Part shown: in pieces, positions 16,038-24,799 of the stretch
How the letters are laid out: each line of letters starts with the position of its first letter
Position numbering within the stretch: position 1 is the first letter of the stretch
Assembly (NCBI GenBank): GCA_017509565.1
Contig: JAFWPM010000057.1
Span: 1-63,469, forward strand
Direction of reading: 5' to 3'
DNA length: 63,469 nucleotides
Source of the DNA: Kiritimatiellia bacterium
GTDB taxonomy: Bacteria > Verrucomicrobiota > Kiritimatiellia > RFP12 > JAAYLN01
Position numbers and translations under genes: made by a program
The notes under the pieces: generated by a model
The model's input: only the letters and a program-made list of their open reading frames with translations
Databases searched by the model: none
What the model was told of the DNA's origin: nothing

Positions 16038-16940
16038 CTAGTCGGCCCGCCGCGCCGGTTTGACGCCCCGGACGGCGTCGGCGGCGCATTTGCGGATAAG
16101 CGCCGCGTTTTCAGGGTGGCGCATCGTCGGCGACGGCGCCCAGTCCATTGACTCCACGTCCGCGCCGAGCAGCTTTGCCGCCCAGACGCACGCCTGGAGG
16201 TATTTGCCGTCGTTGTTCAGGTGGATTGAGTCGCCGGAGAGTTCGCCGTTGACGGGCTTCATGCTTCCGACCACGTCGTCATCGATGCCGGAAACGGGAA
16301 GCCGTTCCCTGAAGAGCTGGATTGCCGTGCCGGTCGGGATGATGTCGAAGCCGTATTTTGCGCCGAGGTCGGCGTAGTTGGCGGCGAGCCTGTCGAACAT
16401 CCCGCGCTGGTCAAAGCCCCATTCGCCGGGGCCGCCCGCGGCCTGGTCGCAAATGCGCTTGTCGCCGTTGCAGTAGCTCCACGTCTCCTGGATTGCAATC
16501 TTCGCCTGCGGCGCGAGTTCGCGGATTGTGGAAATCAGCTCGTCGGCGTAGGGGTGGTATGAGCCGGGGTCCCAGCTCTTGGGGCTGGCCTGCTGGATGG
16601 TCACGATGTCCCACTTCTCGGCGGCGAGCATCTGCGGGATGTTGCCGTACATCTTCGACCCCTTGTCGGTTTCCCTGACTGTGACGGCGGACTTCAGCGC
16701 GGGCTCCTCGCCTTCGCCAAGCGACGCGAAGTTCCAGTTGACCTCGTATGGGGCGAAGCCCTCCTCGCCGGCGCGCCTGATGTTCTCGCAGTGCCTCGCA
16801 AGGGAGCAGCCGCCGATGTAAAGCGAGCAGATGTCCACCCCTGCGCCGCACTGGCGGGCGACCTCCGGGGTGTATTGGAGGACGCAGATCGAGAAACTGT
16901 TCCCGATCATGAGGACCTTAAGTGGAATCAGTGGTGACAT
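16038..16940 (-). CDS. DUF4886-like SGNH/GDSL-fold hydrolase
   Basis: N-terminal KVLMIGNSFS block and C-terminal GDSIHLNNDG block. Confidence 0.6.
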   Translation of the reverse strand: MSPLIPLKVLMIGNSFSICVLQYTPEVARQCGAGVDICSLYIGGCSLARHCENIRRAGEEGFAPYEVNWNFASLGEGEEPALKSAVTVRETDKGSKMYGNIPQMLAAEKWDIVTIQQASPKSWDPGSYHPYADELISTIRELAPQAKIAIQETWSYCNGDKRICDQAAGGPGEWGFDQRGMFDRLAANYADLGAKYGFDIIPTGTAIQLFRERLPVSGIDDDVVGSMKPVNGELSGDSIHLNNDGKYLQACVWAAKLLGADVESMDWAPSPTMRHPENAALIRKCAADAVRGVKPARRAD

Positions 16941-16961
16941 GTTGCGGTTCCTTTCTAGGTT

Positions 16962-17855
16962 TTAAGTTTGGCAAAGCAGTTTCCCTGCCGCGTCGCGGCC
17001 AGCCATAATCGCGTCGTCGACGCGCGTGAAGTCCATTGTCGGAATGTCGCCGACGGCCGGTTCGAGAATCCATTCGGGCCTCTCGCGCTCCATTTCCCAT
17101 TGGGCGATCCTGTCCTCGCAGATGCGCGTCGTGCGAGAGAGCATGTCGAAGAAGCCCTGGCCGCGTTCGTCGGCGATGCCGAGTTCGCGCCTGAGGGCGT
17201 CGTGCAGCTTCTCCCTTATTCCGATGGCCTGGTTCACGAACTTGGGGAGCCGGTGCGTGGAGTATGGGCAGCGGCCCTGGTTGTCCACATTCACGGCCAG
17301 GACCCTCCTCGCGCCGAGGAATCGCGCCGCTGCGACGGGCACGGGGCTTGAAACGCCGCCGTCGACGAGCAGCGCGGAGCCGCGCCTTACCGGGGTGAAT
17401 ACGCCTGGTATTGAAATCGACGCCCTGATTGCCGGAAGCAGGCGCCCGCGTGAAATCCGGATGGCCGCGCCTGTGGCGATGTCGGTCGCCATTACGGCGA
17501 AGGGCAGCCCAATGGAGTCGAAGGTGGTGTCGGGGACGACTGTCGCTATGAAGTCCATGACGCGGCGTCCCTTGACGAGGCCGGATTTCATGAAGCCGAA
17601 GTCGAAGAACAGGGATGCGGCCTCGGCCATGTCCATTGCCTTGAGCGTATCGACAAGGCGCCCGAAGTTCCCGGAGGCGTATGCGGCGCCGACGATGGCC
17701 CCCATGCTGGTCCCGGCCACGAACTCCGGCGCGATGCCGTTTTCAAGGAGCGTCTGGAGGACGCCGACATGAGCCAGCCCGCGCGCCCCTCCACTGCCCA
17801 GCGCGATGCCGAGGCCGTCGCCGGTGACGCGTGAAGGTTTTCCGGATTCTCCCAT
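16962..17855 (-). CDS. Patatin-like phospholipase
   Basis: Contains GIALGSGGARGLAHVGVL (oxyanion hole), GTSMGA (GxSxG) and a VDGG Asp motif. Confidence 0.85.
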   Translation of the reverse strand: MGESGKPSRVTGDGLGIALGSGGARGLAHVGVLQTLLENGIAPEFVAGTSMGAIVGAAYASGNFGRLVDTLKAMDMAEAASLFFDFGFMKSGLVKGRRVMDFIATVVPDTTFDSIGLPFAVMATDIATGAAIRISRGRLLPAIRASISIPGVFTPVRRGSALLVDGGVSSPVPVAAARFLGARRVLAVNVDNQGRCPYSTHRLPKFVNQAIGIREKLHDALRRELGIADERGQGFFDMLSRTTRICEDRIAQWEMERERPEWILEPAVGDIPTMDFTRVDDAIMAGRDAAGKLLCQT

Positions 17856-17864
17856 AGCCCGCGG

Positions 17865-18842
17865 CTACTCCCCGTCTGTGATGATGACGGCCTCGGCTTC
17901 GGCGATGGCTGGCGCGCCGCCGCCTGCCGAAAGGATGGAATTGACTTGGGAGAGGAGGCGCTTGACGGAGTTCTCGCGGCTCTTTGCCGCCGCGAGGGCG
18001 TCGGCCAGCTCCTTTGCGCCGCGCAGCTTGGTTTCGAGTTCCTTCTTCTCGGCGAGATGCGCGACCTCGGCCTCCTTCAGCTTGCGGCGGGCGTCGGCCG
18101 CCTGCCGGTCGAGTTCGCCGCGGACGGTCTTGAGTTCGGCCGCGGTCTCCATGACCTGCTTTTCAAGTTCGGCGATGCGCGCGATGTCGGACTCCCGCGA
18201 ACGGGTGCGCGACCCGGCCTCCGCGACCTGGGCGGCGAGCACTTCGGCGCGCTTGTCGGCCTTGGCTATTTCCGCCAAGAGCTTTGACTTTTCCGCGGCG
18301 AGCGCCTGCCGCTCGGCGTCCATGCGGCTCCTTTCGGCGGCGAATGCCTGGCGTTCGGCCTCGAAGTCGAGGTCGCGCGTCGATAGTTCGCCGGCGGCGA
18401 GCCGCCGCTCCGCGACGGCCGCCTCCACTTCGGATTCCAGCTTCGCCGAGCGTTCGGCGAAGTCCGCGCGGAGCGCGTCGATCTTGGCGCGCAGTTCGGC
18501 ATTCTCGGCGAGAAGCGCGGACGGCGCCTCGTCCATAGATTTCACGCGCACGAATTTCGCCATGTCCTCGGAAACGTCGCCGCTCCTGATGAACTCGCCC
18601 ATGGCGTCGCGGTGGACGGGGCCGAAGAACTTGCCGGGGGCGAGTTCGGCGGCCCAGTCCATGCCCAGTTCCGGGAACGAATCGACGGGGCGCCATGTCT
18701 TGTCGTCGTCGGAGATTGACTGGTCGGCGGCCAGCCGCCCGTCGCGCGCCCATTTCCTGAGCGTCTCCATAGTCGCGGGGCCGAAGAAGTTGCCTTCGGC
18801 ATCCCTGATTTTCCACTTCTTTGACTTAAGGTCGTCCGCCAT
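17865..18842 (-). CDS. GYF_2 (DUF4339)-type domain protein with a long coiled coil
   Basis: Two W..R...G..FGP-type segments (WKIRDAEGNFFGPATMETLRKW and KFFGPVHRDAMGEFI), followed by an A/E/R/K-rich heptad-like region. Confidence 0.55.
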   Translation of the reverse strand: MADDLKSKKWKIRDAEGNFFGPATMETLRKWARDGRLAADQSISDDDKTWRPVDSFPELGMDWAAELAPGKFFGPVHRDAMGEFIRSGDVSEDMAKFVRVKSMDEAPSALLAENAELRAKIDALRADFAERSAKLESEVEAAVAERRLAAGELSTRDLDFEAERQAFAAERSRMDAERQALAAEKSKLLAEIAKADKRAEVLAAQVAEAGSRTRSRESDIARIAELEKQVMETAAELKTVRGELDRQAADARRKLKEAEVAHLAEKKELETKLRGAKELADALAAAKSRENSVKRLLSQVNSILSAGGGAPAIAEAEAVIITDGE

Positions 18843-18894
18843 TTTGATTCGCTTCCTGATGCTTGTTGCCGCCGGGCCTCCGCGCGGCGCTTGA

Positions 18895-19788
18895 CTAGAC
18901 TAGCGGGACCACGCGGGCCTCGACGTCGGCCTCGTCGCGGCAGGGGGCGAAGTTCGCGAATATCTTCCACTCCTCGTCCTGGGTCACGCAGGCCCCGGGG
19001 GCCAATGTGGTCATGGGCCCGATCGATTCGAGTTCCGTGAAGTTCTCGTTGGTGAAGGTCTCGCAGTTGCAGCCGAAGTCGGGGTATTCCGCGCCGTCGG
19101 CATACGGGAACTTCATGATGAACAGCGCGTTGCCGCGCTCGTAGGCCAGCCATCCGAACTTGTTGCACAGCCCGATCTTCTGGTTCGTGTGGTTGTCCGG
19201 ATCCTGGCGGAGGAAGATGTAGCGGGAGCCAAAGGTCCAGCGCGGGTCGGCGAAGTCGGAGTAGGACCACAGGGCGAAGCGCTGGTTGGGGAGGAGCGTC
19301 GTCGGGCTGTGGGGGGCCTTGGGCGGCAGGGGGATGATCTCGCGGCCCCTGCCCATGACGTTGACGGTCCAGAGGGCGATTGTCGTAGGCGCGGCGCCGC
19401 AGTTTGTCAGAGTATGCCTGATGCGGACGAAGCCTGTCGCCGGATCCATGGTGATGTCCATTTCCTTGCGGATTCCGGTCTGCGGGCCGGGGGCCTGGCG
19501 GACGCGGACGCCGTTGGGGATGTCCACGGCCTCGGCGTAGGGCTCGTTGTCGAGCTCGTAGCTGCGCTCCGGGGCTTCCGGTGCGATCCAGAGGCGGTGG
19601 CCGCCGCGGTTCATCCACTCGCCCTCGCCCGAGCCGCCCTGGTGGCCGGGGATTTCGCAGAAGAGGTTGTCGCCGCCGACGAAGCCGTAGCGTATGATGC
19701 GCGGGCCGACGCTGCGCGTCACAATCGCCTCGACGGTCCCGTTGGTTAGCCGGATGCAGTCCCAGCCGTTGAATTTGACAGTTTCCAT
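18895..19788 (-). CDS. Hypothetical protein, possibly galactose-mutarotase-like fold (DUF4380-like)
   Basis: Coherent ORF of 297 aa. The resemblance is weak and from memory only. Confidence 0.4.
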   Translation of the reverse strand: METVKFNGWDCIRLTNGTVEAIVTRSVGPRIIRYGFVGGDNLFCEIPGHQGGSGEGEWMNRGGHRLWIAPEAPERSYELDNEPYAEAVDIPNGVRVRQAPGPQTGIRKEMDITMDPATGFVRIRHTLTNCGAAPTTIALWTVNVMGRGREIIPLPPKAPHSPTTLLPNQRFALWSYSDFADPRWTFGSRYIFLRQDPDNHTNQKIGLCNKFGWLAYERGNALFIMKFPYADGAEYPDFGCNCETFTNENFTELESIGPMTTLAPGACVTQDEEWKIFANFAPCRDEADVEARVVPLV

Positions 19789-19883
19789 GATGAACTATGC
19801 TCGCTTGAAAGGGTTGGAGAAGAGTTGAAGGAAGGTAATGGGGAAATGGGGAAGGGGTGGTGCCAGTTGAAGTCGGCGCCGGG

Positions 19884-20393
19884 TCACTTTATGAAAAGGC
19901 GCCTTGCGAAGCTGTCCTCGGCGATGAAGCCCGAATCCAGCGCAATGCATATTAGCGTGACGGCCGCCGCGGCGGCGAGGACGCCAAGCGCGTTGGCGAT
20001 CCAGAACCTCCTGCGGTCGAGGTGCAGCAGCCATGACGCGGCGGCGCCGGCGTATGCGCCGGTGCCGGGCAGGGGTATGCCTATGAATACCGAAACGCCC
20101 CAGATGCCATATTTTTCGACTTGGGCGCGCAGCGATTCGCGGCGCCGCACGAGGATTGGCCAGACGTGGCGGCGGAACCAGCCGATGCGCAGCATCAGGC
20201 CTTCGGCCACGGCCATCGCCTCGTAGGCCAGCATGCCCAGCGCGACATTCGTCGCGAGGCACACGGCCACGACCACCGGCAATCCAAGCGCCCCGCGGAT
20301 CCCATCGCTGAAGAACCCGAGGGGGATGGAAGCCCGGAGCTCAAGCCCCGGGATCAGCGTCGTGGCCACCAGAATGGCTATCGCCCGGAGCAT
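19884..20393 (-). CDS. Small multidrug-export-like membrane protein (COG2426 / Sm_multidrug_ex family)
   Basis: Contains LELRASIPLG and IGIPLPGTGAYAG. ATG 20393 lies 2 nt after the rubredoxin stop. The track start at 20429 would overlap rubredoxin. Confidence 0.7.
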   Translation of the reverse strand: MLRAIAILVATTLIPGLELRASIPLGFFSDGIRGALGLPVVVAVCLATNVALGMLAYEAMAVAEGLMLRIGWFRRHVWPILVRRRESLRAQVEKYGIWGVSVFIGIPLPGTGAYAGAAASWLLHLDRRRFWIANALGVLAAAAAVTLICIALDSGFIAEDSFARRLFIK

Positions 20394-20394
20394 C

Positions 20395-20538
20395 TTACTC
20401 CTTGACTTCCTGGAAGTCGTCCTTGCCAACGCCGCAGATGGGGCATACCCAGTCGGCGGGAAGGTCCTCGAAGGCTACGCCATCGTTCTCGGCAGGGTCA
20501 TAGACATGGCCACAGACGTTGCAGACATATTTCTTCAT
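20395..20538 (-). CDS. Rubredoxin
   Basis: Hand translation gives [47 protein letters not shown] (47 aa) with CxxCG and CPxCG motifs. Absent from the ORF track because it is shorter than 60 aa. Confidence 0.9.
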   Translation of the reverse strand: MKKYVCNVCGHVYDPAENDGVAFEDLPADWVCPICGVGKDDFQEVKE

Positions 20539-20785
20539 TGTGCGTGTTCCTTGTTTTGGGTTTTTGGGTTTATCCTAGGGCGTCCGCACGGGCGGCGCGG
20601 CGAATTCCCGCCTGACCGACGGACGCTTCAATTCTAGCAAACGCCACCGTCTTCCGCAAGTTGGAAAAAAACTTGCCAATCCCGCCGCGAAAGGGTATCA
20701 TTAAATTATGCTAAAAACGTGCCGCCTTCCCGGTGAGTGGCGGCTGTCAATTTGGAAACCAATCCCCTAAGGAGTAACCTGTACA

Positions 20786-22480
20786 ATGAAAATCGCCTTT
20801 GGATGCGACCACGGCGGATTCCCGCTGAAGGAAGCGGTGTTTGCCGCACTCAAGAACCACTCCGACATCGAGATCGACGATCTTGGAACATTCGACCGCG
20901 AGCCTGTCGACTATTCGGACTATGCGATCGACGTCGCCGAAAAGCTCTCGGAGGGCGCCGTGGAGCGCGGCATCCTCATCTGCACGACCGGCATAGGCAT
21001 GGCCATAGCGGCGAACCGCTTCTACGGCGTCAGGGCCGCGCTTTGCGAGGATGTGAACGACGCGACGAAGAGCCGCGCCCACAACGACTCGAACGTCCTC
21101 GTCCTCCCCTGCTGCCACGTCAAGCCGGAGGGCGTCCAGCCGATCATCGACGCCTGGCTGGCCACAGAATACACCGGGCGCACGGTAGATGGCATGCGCC
21201 ATGCGCGCCGTCTCGCCAAGCTTGACACCGCCAAGCGCCTCTCCGAGCTCGCCTGCCTCGCCGGAACGGACCCCGAGGTCCACGCCGCCATCCGCCGCCA
21301 CACGGTCCAGGAGGATACGACGATCAACCTCATCGCCTCCGAGAACTACGCCTCCCGCGCCGTCAGGGAGGCCACGGGCTCCATCCTCACCAACAAGTAC
21401 GCCGAGGGCTATCCTGGCCGCCGCTGGTATGGCGGATGCTCCGCGATCGACGAGGTCGAGCGCCTCGCGATCGAGCGCGCGAAGCAGCTCTTCGGCGCCG
21501 AGCACGCCAACGTCCAGCCCCATTGCGGCGCCTCCGCGAACCTCGCCGTCTACTCCGCGGCGCTCAACCCCGGCGACACAATCCTTTCAATGAGCCTCGA
21601 CCAGGGCGGCCACCTCTCGCATGGCAGCAAGTTCAACGTCTCCGGCAAGCTCTACAACATCGAGTCCTACACCGTCTCGCCCGACACCGAGACGCTTGAC
21701 TACAACGCCATCGCCGAAAAGGCGGCGCAGGTCAAGCCGAAGCTTATCCTCGCCGGCGCGAGCTCCTACCCCAGGGCGATCGACTTCGCGAAGTTCCGCG
21801 AAATAGCCGATTCCGTCGGCGCCCTGCTGATGGTGGACATGGCCCACATAGCCGGCCTTGTCGCCGGCGGCGCCCATGCGAACCCCGTGCCCTACGCGGA
21901 CTTCGTGACCTCCACGACCCACAAGACCCTGCGCGGCCCGCGCGGCGGACTGATCCTCTGCCGCGAACAGTATGCCAAGGCAATCGACCGCGCGGTCTTC
22001 CCCGGCCTCCAGGGCGGCCCGCTTGAGAATGTCATCGCCGCCAAGGCGGTCTGCTTCCGCGAGGCCCTCCAGCCCGAGTTCGCCGATTACGCGGCGCAGG
22101 TCGTCGCCAACGCGAAGCGCCTGGGCGCGCACCTCCTCACCAAGGGCTTCAAGCTCGTCTCCGGCGGCACCGACAACCACATAGTGCTTGTCAACGTCGG
22201 CGCGTCCGGGCTCGACGGCAAGACCGCGCAGGAGGCGCTCGACGACGCCGGCATCATCTGCAACAAGAACGCCATCCCCTACGACAAGCTCCCGACATCG
22301 ACGACCTCCGGCATACGCCTCGGCTCCGCCGCCGTCACCACGCGCGGGCTCAAGGAGGCCGACATGCTCAAGATCGCCGGGTGGATCGCCAACATTCTCT
22401 CGAACATCGGCGACTCCAACCTGCGCAAACGCGTCCGCGGCGACGTCATTGACTTCATGGCCGCCTACCAGACGCCTTGA
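20786..22480 (+). CDS. glyA: RpiB/LacAB-type sugar-phosphate isomerase fused to serine hydroxymethyltransferase
   Basis: Residues 1-145 are RpiB-like ([34 protein letters not shown]). The rest is SHMT ([35 protein letters not shown]). AAGGAG RBS upstream. A TTGCCA-17-TATCAT promoter-like pair sits around 20673-20701. Confidence 0.85.
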   Translation: MKIAFGCDHGGFPLKEAVFAALKNHSDIEIDDLGTFDREPVDYSDYAIDVAEKLSEGAVERGILICTTGIGMAIAANRFYGVRAALCEDVNDATKSRAHNDSNVLVLPCCHVKPEGVQPIIDAWLATEYTGRTVDGMRHARRLAKLDTAKRLSELACLAGTDPEVHAAIRRHTVQEDTTINLIASENYASRAVREATGSILTNKYAEGYPGRRWYGGCSAIDEVERLAIERAKQLFGAEHANVQPHCGASANLAVYSAALNPGDTILSMSLDQGGHLSHGSKFNVSGKLYNIESYTVSPDTETLDYNAIAEKAAQVKPKLILAGASSYPRAIDFAKFREIADSVGALLMVDMAHIAGLVAGGAHANPVPYADFVTSTTHKTLRGPRGGLILCREQYAKAIDRAVFPGLQGGPLENVIAAKAVCFREALQPEFADYAAQVVANAKRLGAHLLTKGFKLVSGGTDNHIVLVNVGASGLDGKTAQEALDDAGIICNKNAIPYDKLPTSTTSGIRLGSAAVTTRGLKEADMLKIAGWIANILSNIGDSNLRKRVRGDVIDFMAAYQTP

Positions 22481-23538
22481 GCCAGCCCTGCGACATACGC
22501 CTGTCCCCAATGGCGGGCTATACCAACGCGCCGACACGCACCATGGCACTGCGCTTCGGCGCGTCGGTCGTTTATACCGAGATGGCCGGGGTCGAGGGGC
22601 TCGTCCACGAACACTCCGACCTCACATGGCAGCTGCTGGAGACGCTCCCCGAAGAGCGGGGGCGCGCGATCGCCCATCTCTACGGGCGCGATCCCGGGCA
22701 CTTCGCCCGCGCCGCCGAAAGAATCGCCGCCACGGGGCGGTTCACCGGAATCGACATCAATGCCGGCTGCCCCGTCCCGAAGGTCACGGCCTGCGGCGCC
22801 GGCTCGGCGCTCATGCGGGAGCCCGCGCTTGTCCGTGAAATCGTGGCCGCCGCCTCGGCGGCGTCGGGCCTGCCCGTGAGCGTCAAGACCCGCCTCGGCT
22901 TCCACCCCGGCAATGTGACGGCCTTCGACATTCTCCATGCCGCGGAGGACGGCGGCGCGGCGGCCCTTTCCATCCATGGGCGCTACAAGTCCCAGGGCCA
23001 CGCCGGACCAGTTGACCTCGCGCTCGTGGCGCGCGTCAGGGCCGCCGCGTCCATCCCGGTTTTCGGCAACGGCGGCGTCAACGACGCCGCGACCGCCTCC
23101 CGCTACGCCGCCGAAACCGGCGTAGCCGCGCTCCTGGTCGGCCAGGCCTCGATCGGCCACCCCTGGGTCTTCCGCGAAATCAGGGAGGGACGCTCGTTCG
23201 GCCCCGGCGATTCGCACTCGTCATACCTCGCGCTTGACGAAATCCGCCGCGCGTGGATCGCGCATCTCGACGCCGAACTCGCCTTCGCAGAACTGATCGC
23301 CTCCAAATACCCGTCGTCCGCGCCAAAGCCGCCGCCGGAGGAAATCGCCGCGATCCGGTTCCGCGTCCACCTCTTCCGATACGGCGCCGGACTTCGCGGA
23401 ACCAGCTACATGCGCGGGAGGATGTCGTCGCTCCATACGCGCGCCGACTGCGTAAGGGCGCTCGACGGATGCCTCGAATGCGAACGCAGGTTCCGCGCGC
23501 GGCGCGGCCCGCCACAGCCTGGTGGTTTGGCGAGCTGA
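22477..23538 (+). CDS. dus: tRNA-dihydrouridine synthase
   Basis: Contains [25 protein letters not shown] and the HGR motif. The TTG start overlaps the glyA stop (TTGA). An alternative ATG lies at 22510. Confidence 0.8.
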   Translation: MSQPCDIRLSPMAGYTNAPTRTMALRFGASVVYTEMAGVEGLVHEHSDLTWQLLETLPEERGRAIAHLYGRDPGHFARAAERIAATGRFTGIDINAGCPVPKVTACGAGSALMREPALVREIVAAASAASGLPVSVKTRLGFHPGNVTAFDILHAAEDGGAAALSIHGRYKSQGHAGPVDLALVARVRAAASIPVFGNGGVNDAATASRYAAETGVAALLVGQASIGHPWVFREIREGRSFGPGDSHSSYLALDEIRRAWIAHLDAELAFAELIASKYPSSAPKPPPEEIAAIRFRVHLFRYGAGLRGTSYMRGRMSSLHTRADCVRALDGCLECERRFRARRGPPQPGGLAS

Positions 23539-23640
23539 CAATTGGACAAATTGAGAATGCCAGCAAATCTCAAATCTTCATTGTTCACCAACCGGCAATG
23601 TCAATTGGCATTGGTTCCAATGCCGATTCGCGGACAATTG
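23535..23640. repeat. AT-rich interspersed repeat, copy A (~105 bp)
   Basis: Its reverse complement aligns over about 105 bp, mostly identical by eye, with 53404-53508. It is AT-rich in a GC-rich genome, contains CCAAT..ATTGG and ATTTGAG..CTCAA hairpins, and starts at the dus stop codon. Confidence 0.75.
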
Positions 23641-23681
23641 CGCTAGCCCCGAACTGCCAACCAAACTGGAAACGCTTGACC

Positions 23682-24779
23682 ATGAACGAAAAGCCCCTGC
23701 TTGCCTGCCCCCCGTCCGTGTTCGCCGTCGAAGGCGACTACCAGATCTGCGCGCTCGTGTCCGCCGAGTGCACCATGTGGGTCGAAGTCGGCGGCGCGGA
23801 ATACTTCGACCACTCCAACGGCGTTCTGCGTTCCGGCCGCTTCGTCCATATCGCGCGGGTGCCGGTGAGGAACTTGGACAAGGCGCGGGGCTACACCGTA
23901 TGCCTCCGCCGGATTGTCGAACGCAAGCCCTATTTCACCGAGTGCGGCGAAATCGAGCGGTATGAGTTCGTGTTCCGCCCGGTCCGCGACAAGGACGTCA
24001 TACGCGTCGTCAACCTGGCGGACGCCCACAACTGCGTCGCCGCGCCAATCGCCAGCGGCTCTTTCTTCGGCGACAAGCTCGACCTCCTCGTCCTGAACGG
24101 CGACATCCCGAACCACAGCGGGGACGTCGCCTTCTTCAAGGCGATCTACCAGATTGCCGGCGGGATCACGGGCGGCCGCGTCCCATGCGTCTTTTCGCGC
24201 GGCAACCACGACATGCGCGGCATCTGCGCCGAACAGCTCGTGGACTATACGCCAAACGACCGCGGCCGCTCCTACTTCACCTTCCGCCTTGGCCCCGTCT
24301 GGGGAATCGTCCTCGACGCCGGCGAGGACAAGGTGGACGAATGCCCGGAATACGGGCATACGGTCTGCTGCGCCGCCTTCCGCCGCGAGGAGGAGGCTTT
24401 CCTCGACAGGGTCATCCGCGAACGCCCGTGGGAGGGGGCGCGCATCCGCCTCATCGTGAGCCATCACCCATTCGCCTACCAGATCAAGCCGCCATTCGAC
24501 ATTGAAAAGGAGCTCTACGCGCGGTGGTGCCGGAAACTCAGGGGAATAAAGGCCACGGCGTGGCTTTCGGGCCACCTCCACGAATGCTTCGTCGAACTTC
24601 CCGGCGAGGCCCACGACACATACGGGTACCCTTGCCCGATGATATGCTCTTCCCTTGTCAGGGCGACCGAAAAGGCCGGCGAGGAGGAGCGGCATACATC
24701 CGGGGCCATCCAGTTCCGGCGCGACGGATCTTTCAGCGTTGACTTCCCCGGGGCCGCGAGGCCCCACCTCGAAATGTAG
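23682..24779 (+). CDS. Calcineurin-like metallophosphoesterase
   Basis: Contains NLADAH, LNGDIPNH, RGNHD, SHHPF and LSGHLHE. ATG 23682 was chosen because the track ORF start at 23253 overlaps dus. Confidence 0.75.
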   Translation: MNEKPLLACPPSVFAVEGDYQICALVSAECTMWVEVGGAEYFDHSNGVLRSGRFVHIARVPVRNLDKARGYTVCLRRIVERKPYFTECGEIERYEFVFRPVRDKDVIRVVNLADAHNCVAAPIASGSFFGDKLDLLVLNGDIPNHSGDVAFFKAIYQIAGGITGGRVPCVFSRGNHDMRGICAEQLVDYTPNDRGRSYFTFRLGPVWGIVLDAGEDKVDECPEYGHTVCCAAFRREEEAFLDRVIRERPWEGARIRLIVSHHPFAYQIKPPFDIEKELYARWCRKLRGIKATAWLSGHLHECFVELPGEAHDTYGYPCPMICSSLVRATEKAGEEERHTSGAIQFRRDGSFSVDFPGAARPHLEM

Positions 24780-24799
24780 CCGCACGGAACCGCCAGACC

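Noticed and set aside
20700-20785. Possible ZTP or THF riboswitch in the rpiB-glyA leader, which contains the hairpin GCCGCC-N12-GGCGGC.
   Set aside because: The leader is only about 80 nt, and I could not find the conserved pfl/ZTP or THF motif sequences.
23406-23591. Two small ORFs, 23406..23591 (-) and the start of 53452..54309 (+), share the N-terminus M(V/M)NNEDLRF..IL.LSNCQ, suggesting a conserved peptide.
   Set aside because: The shared residues are just the translation of the AT-rich interspersed repeat. Downstream, both ORFs run antisense through real genes (dus and the methyltransferase) with shadow-ORF composition.
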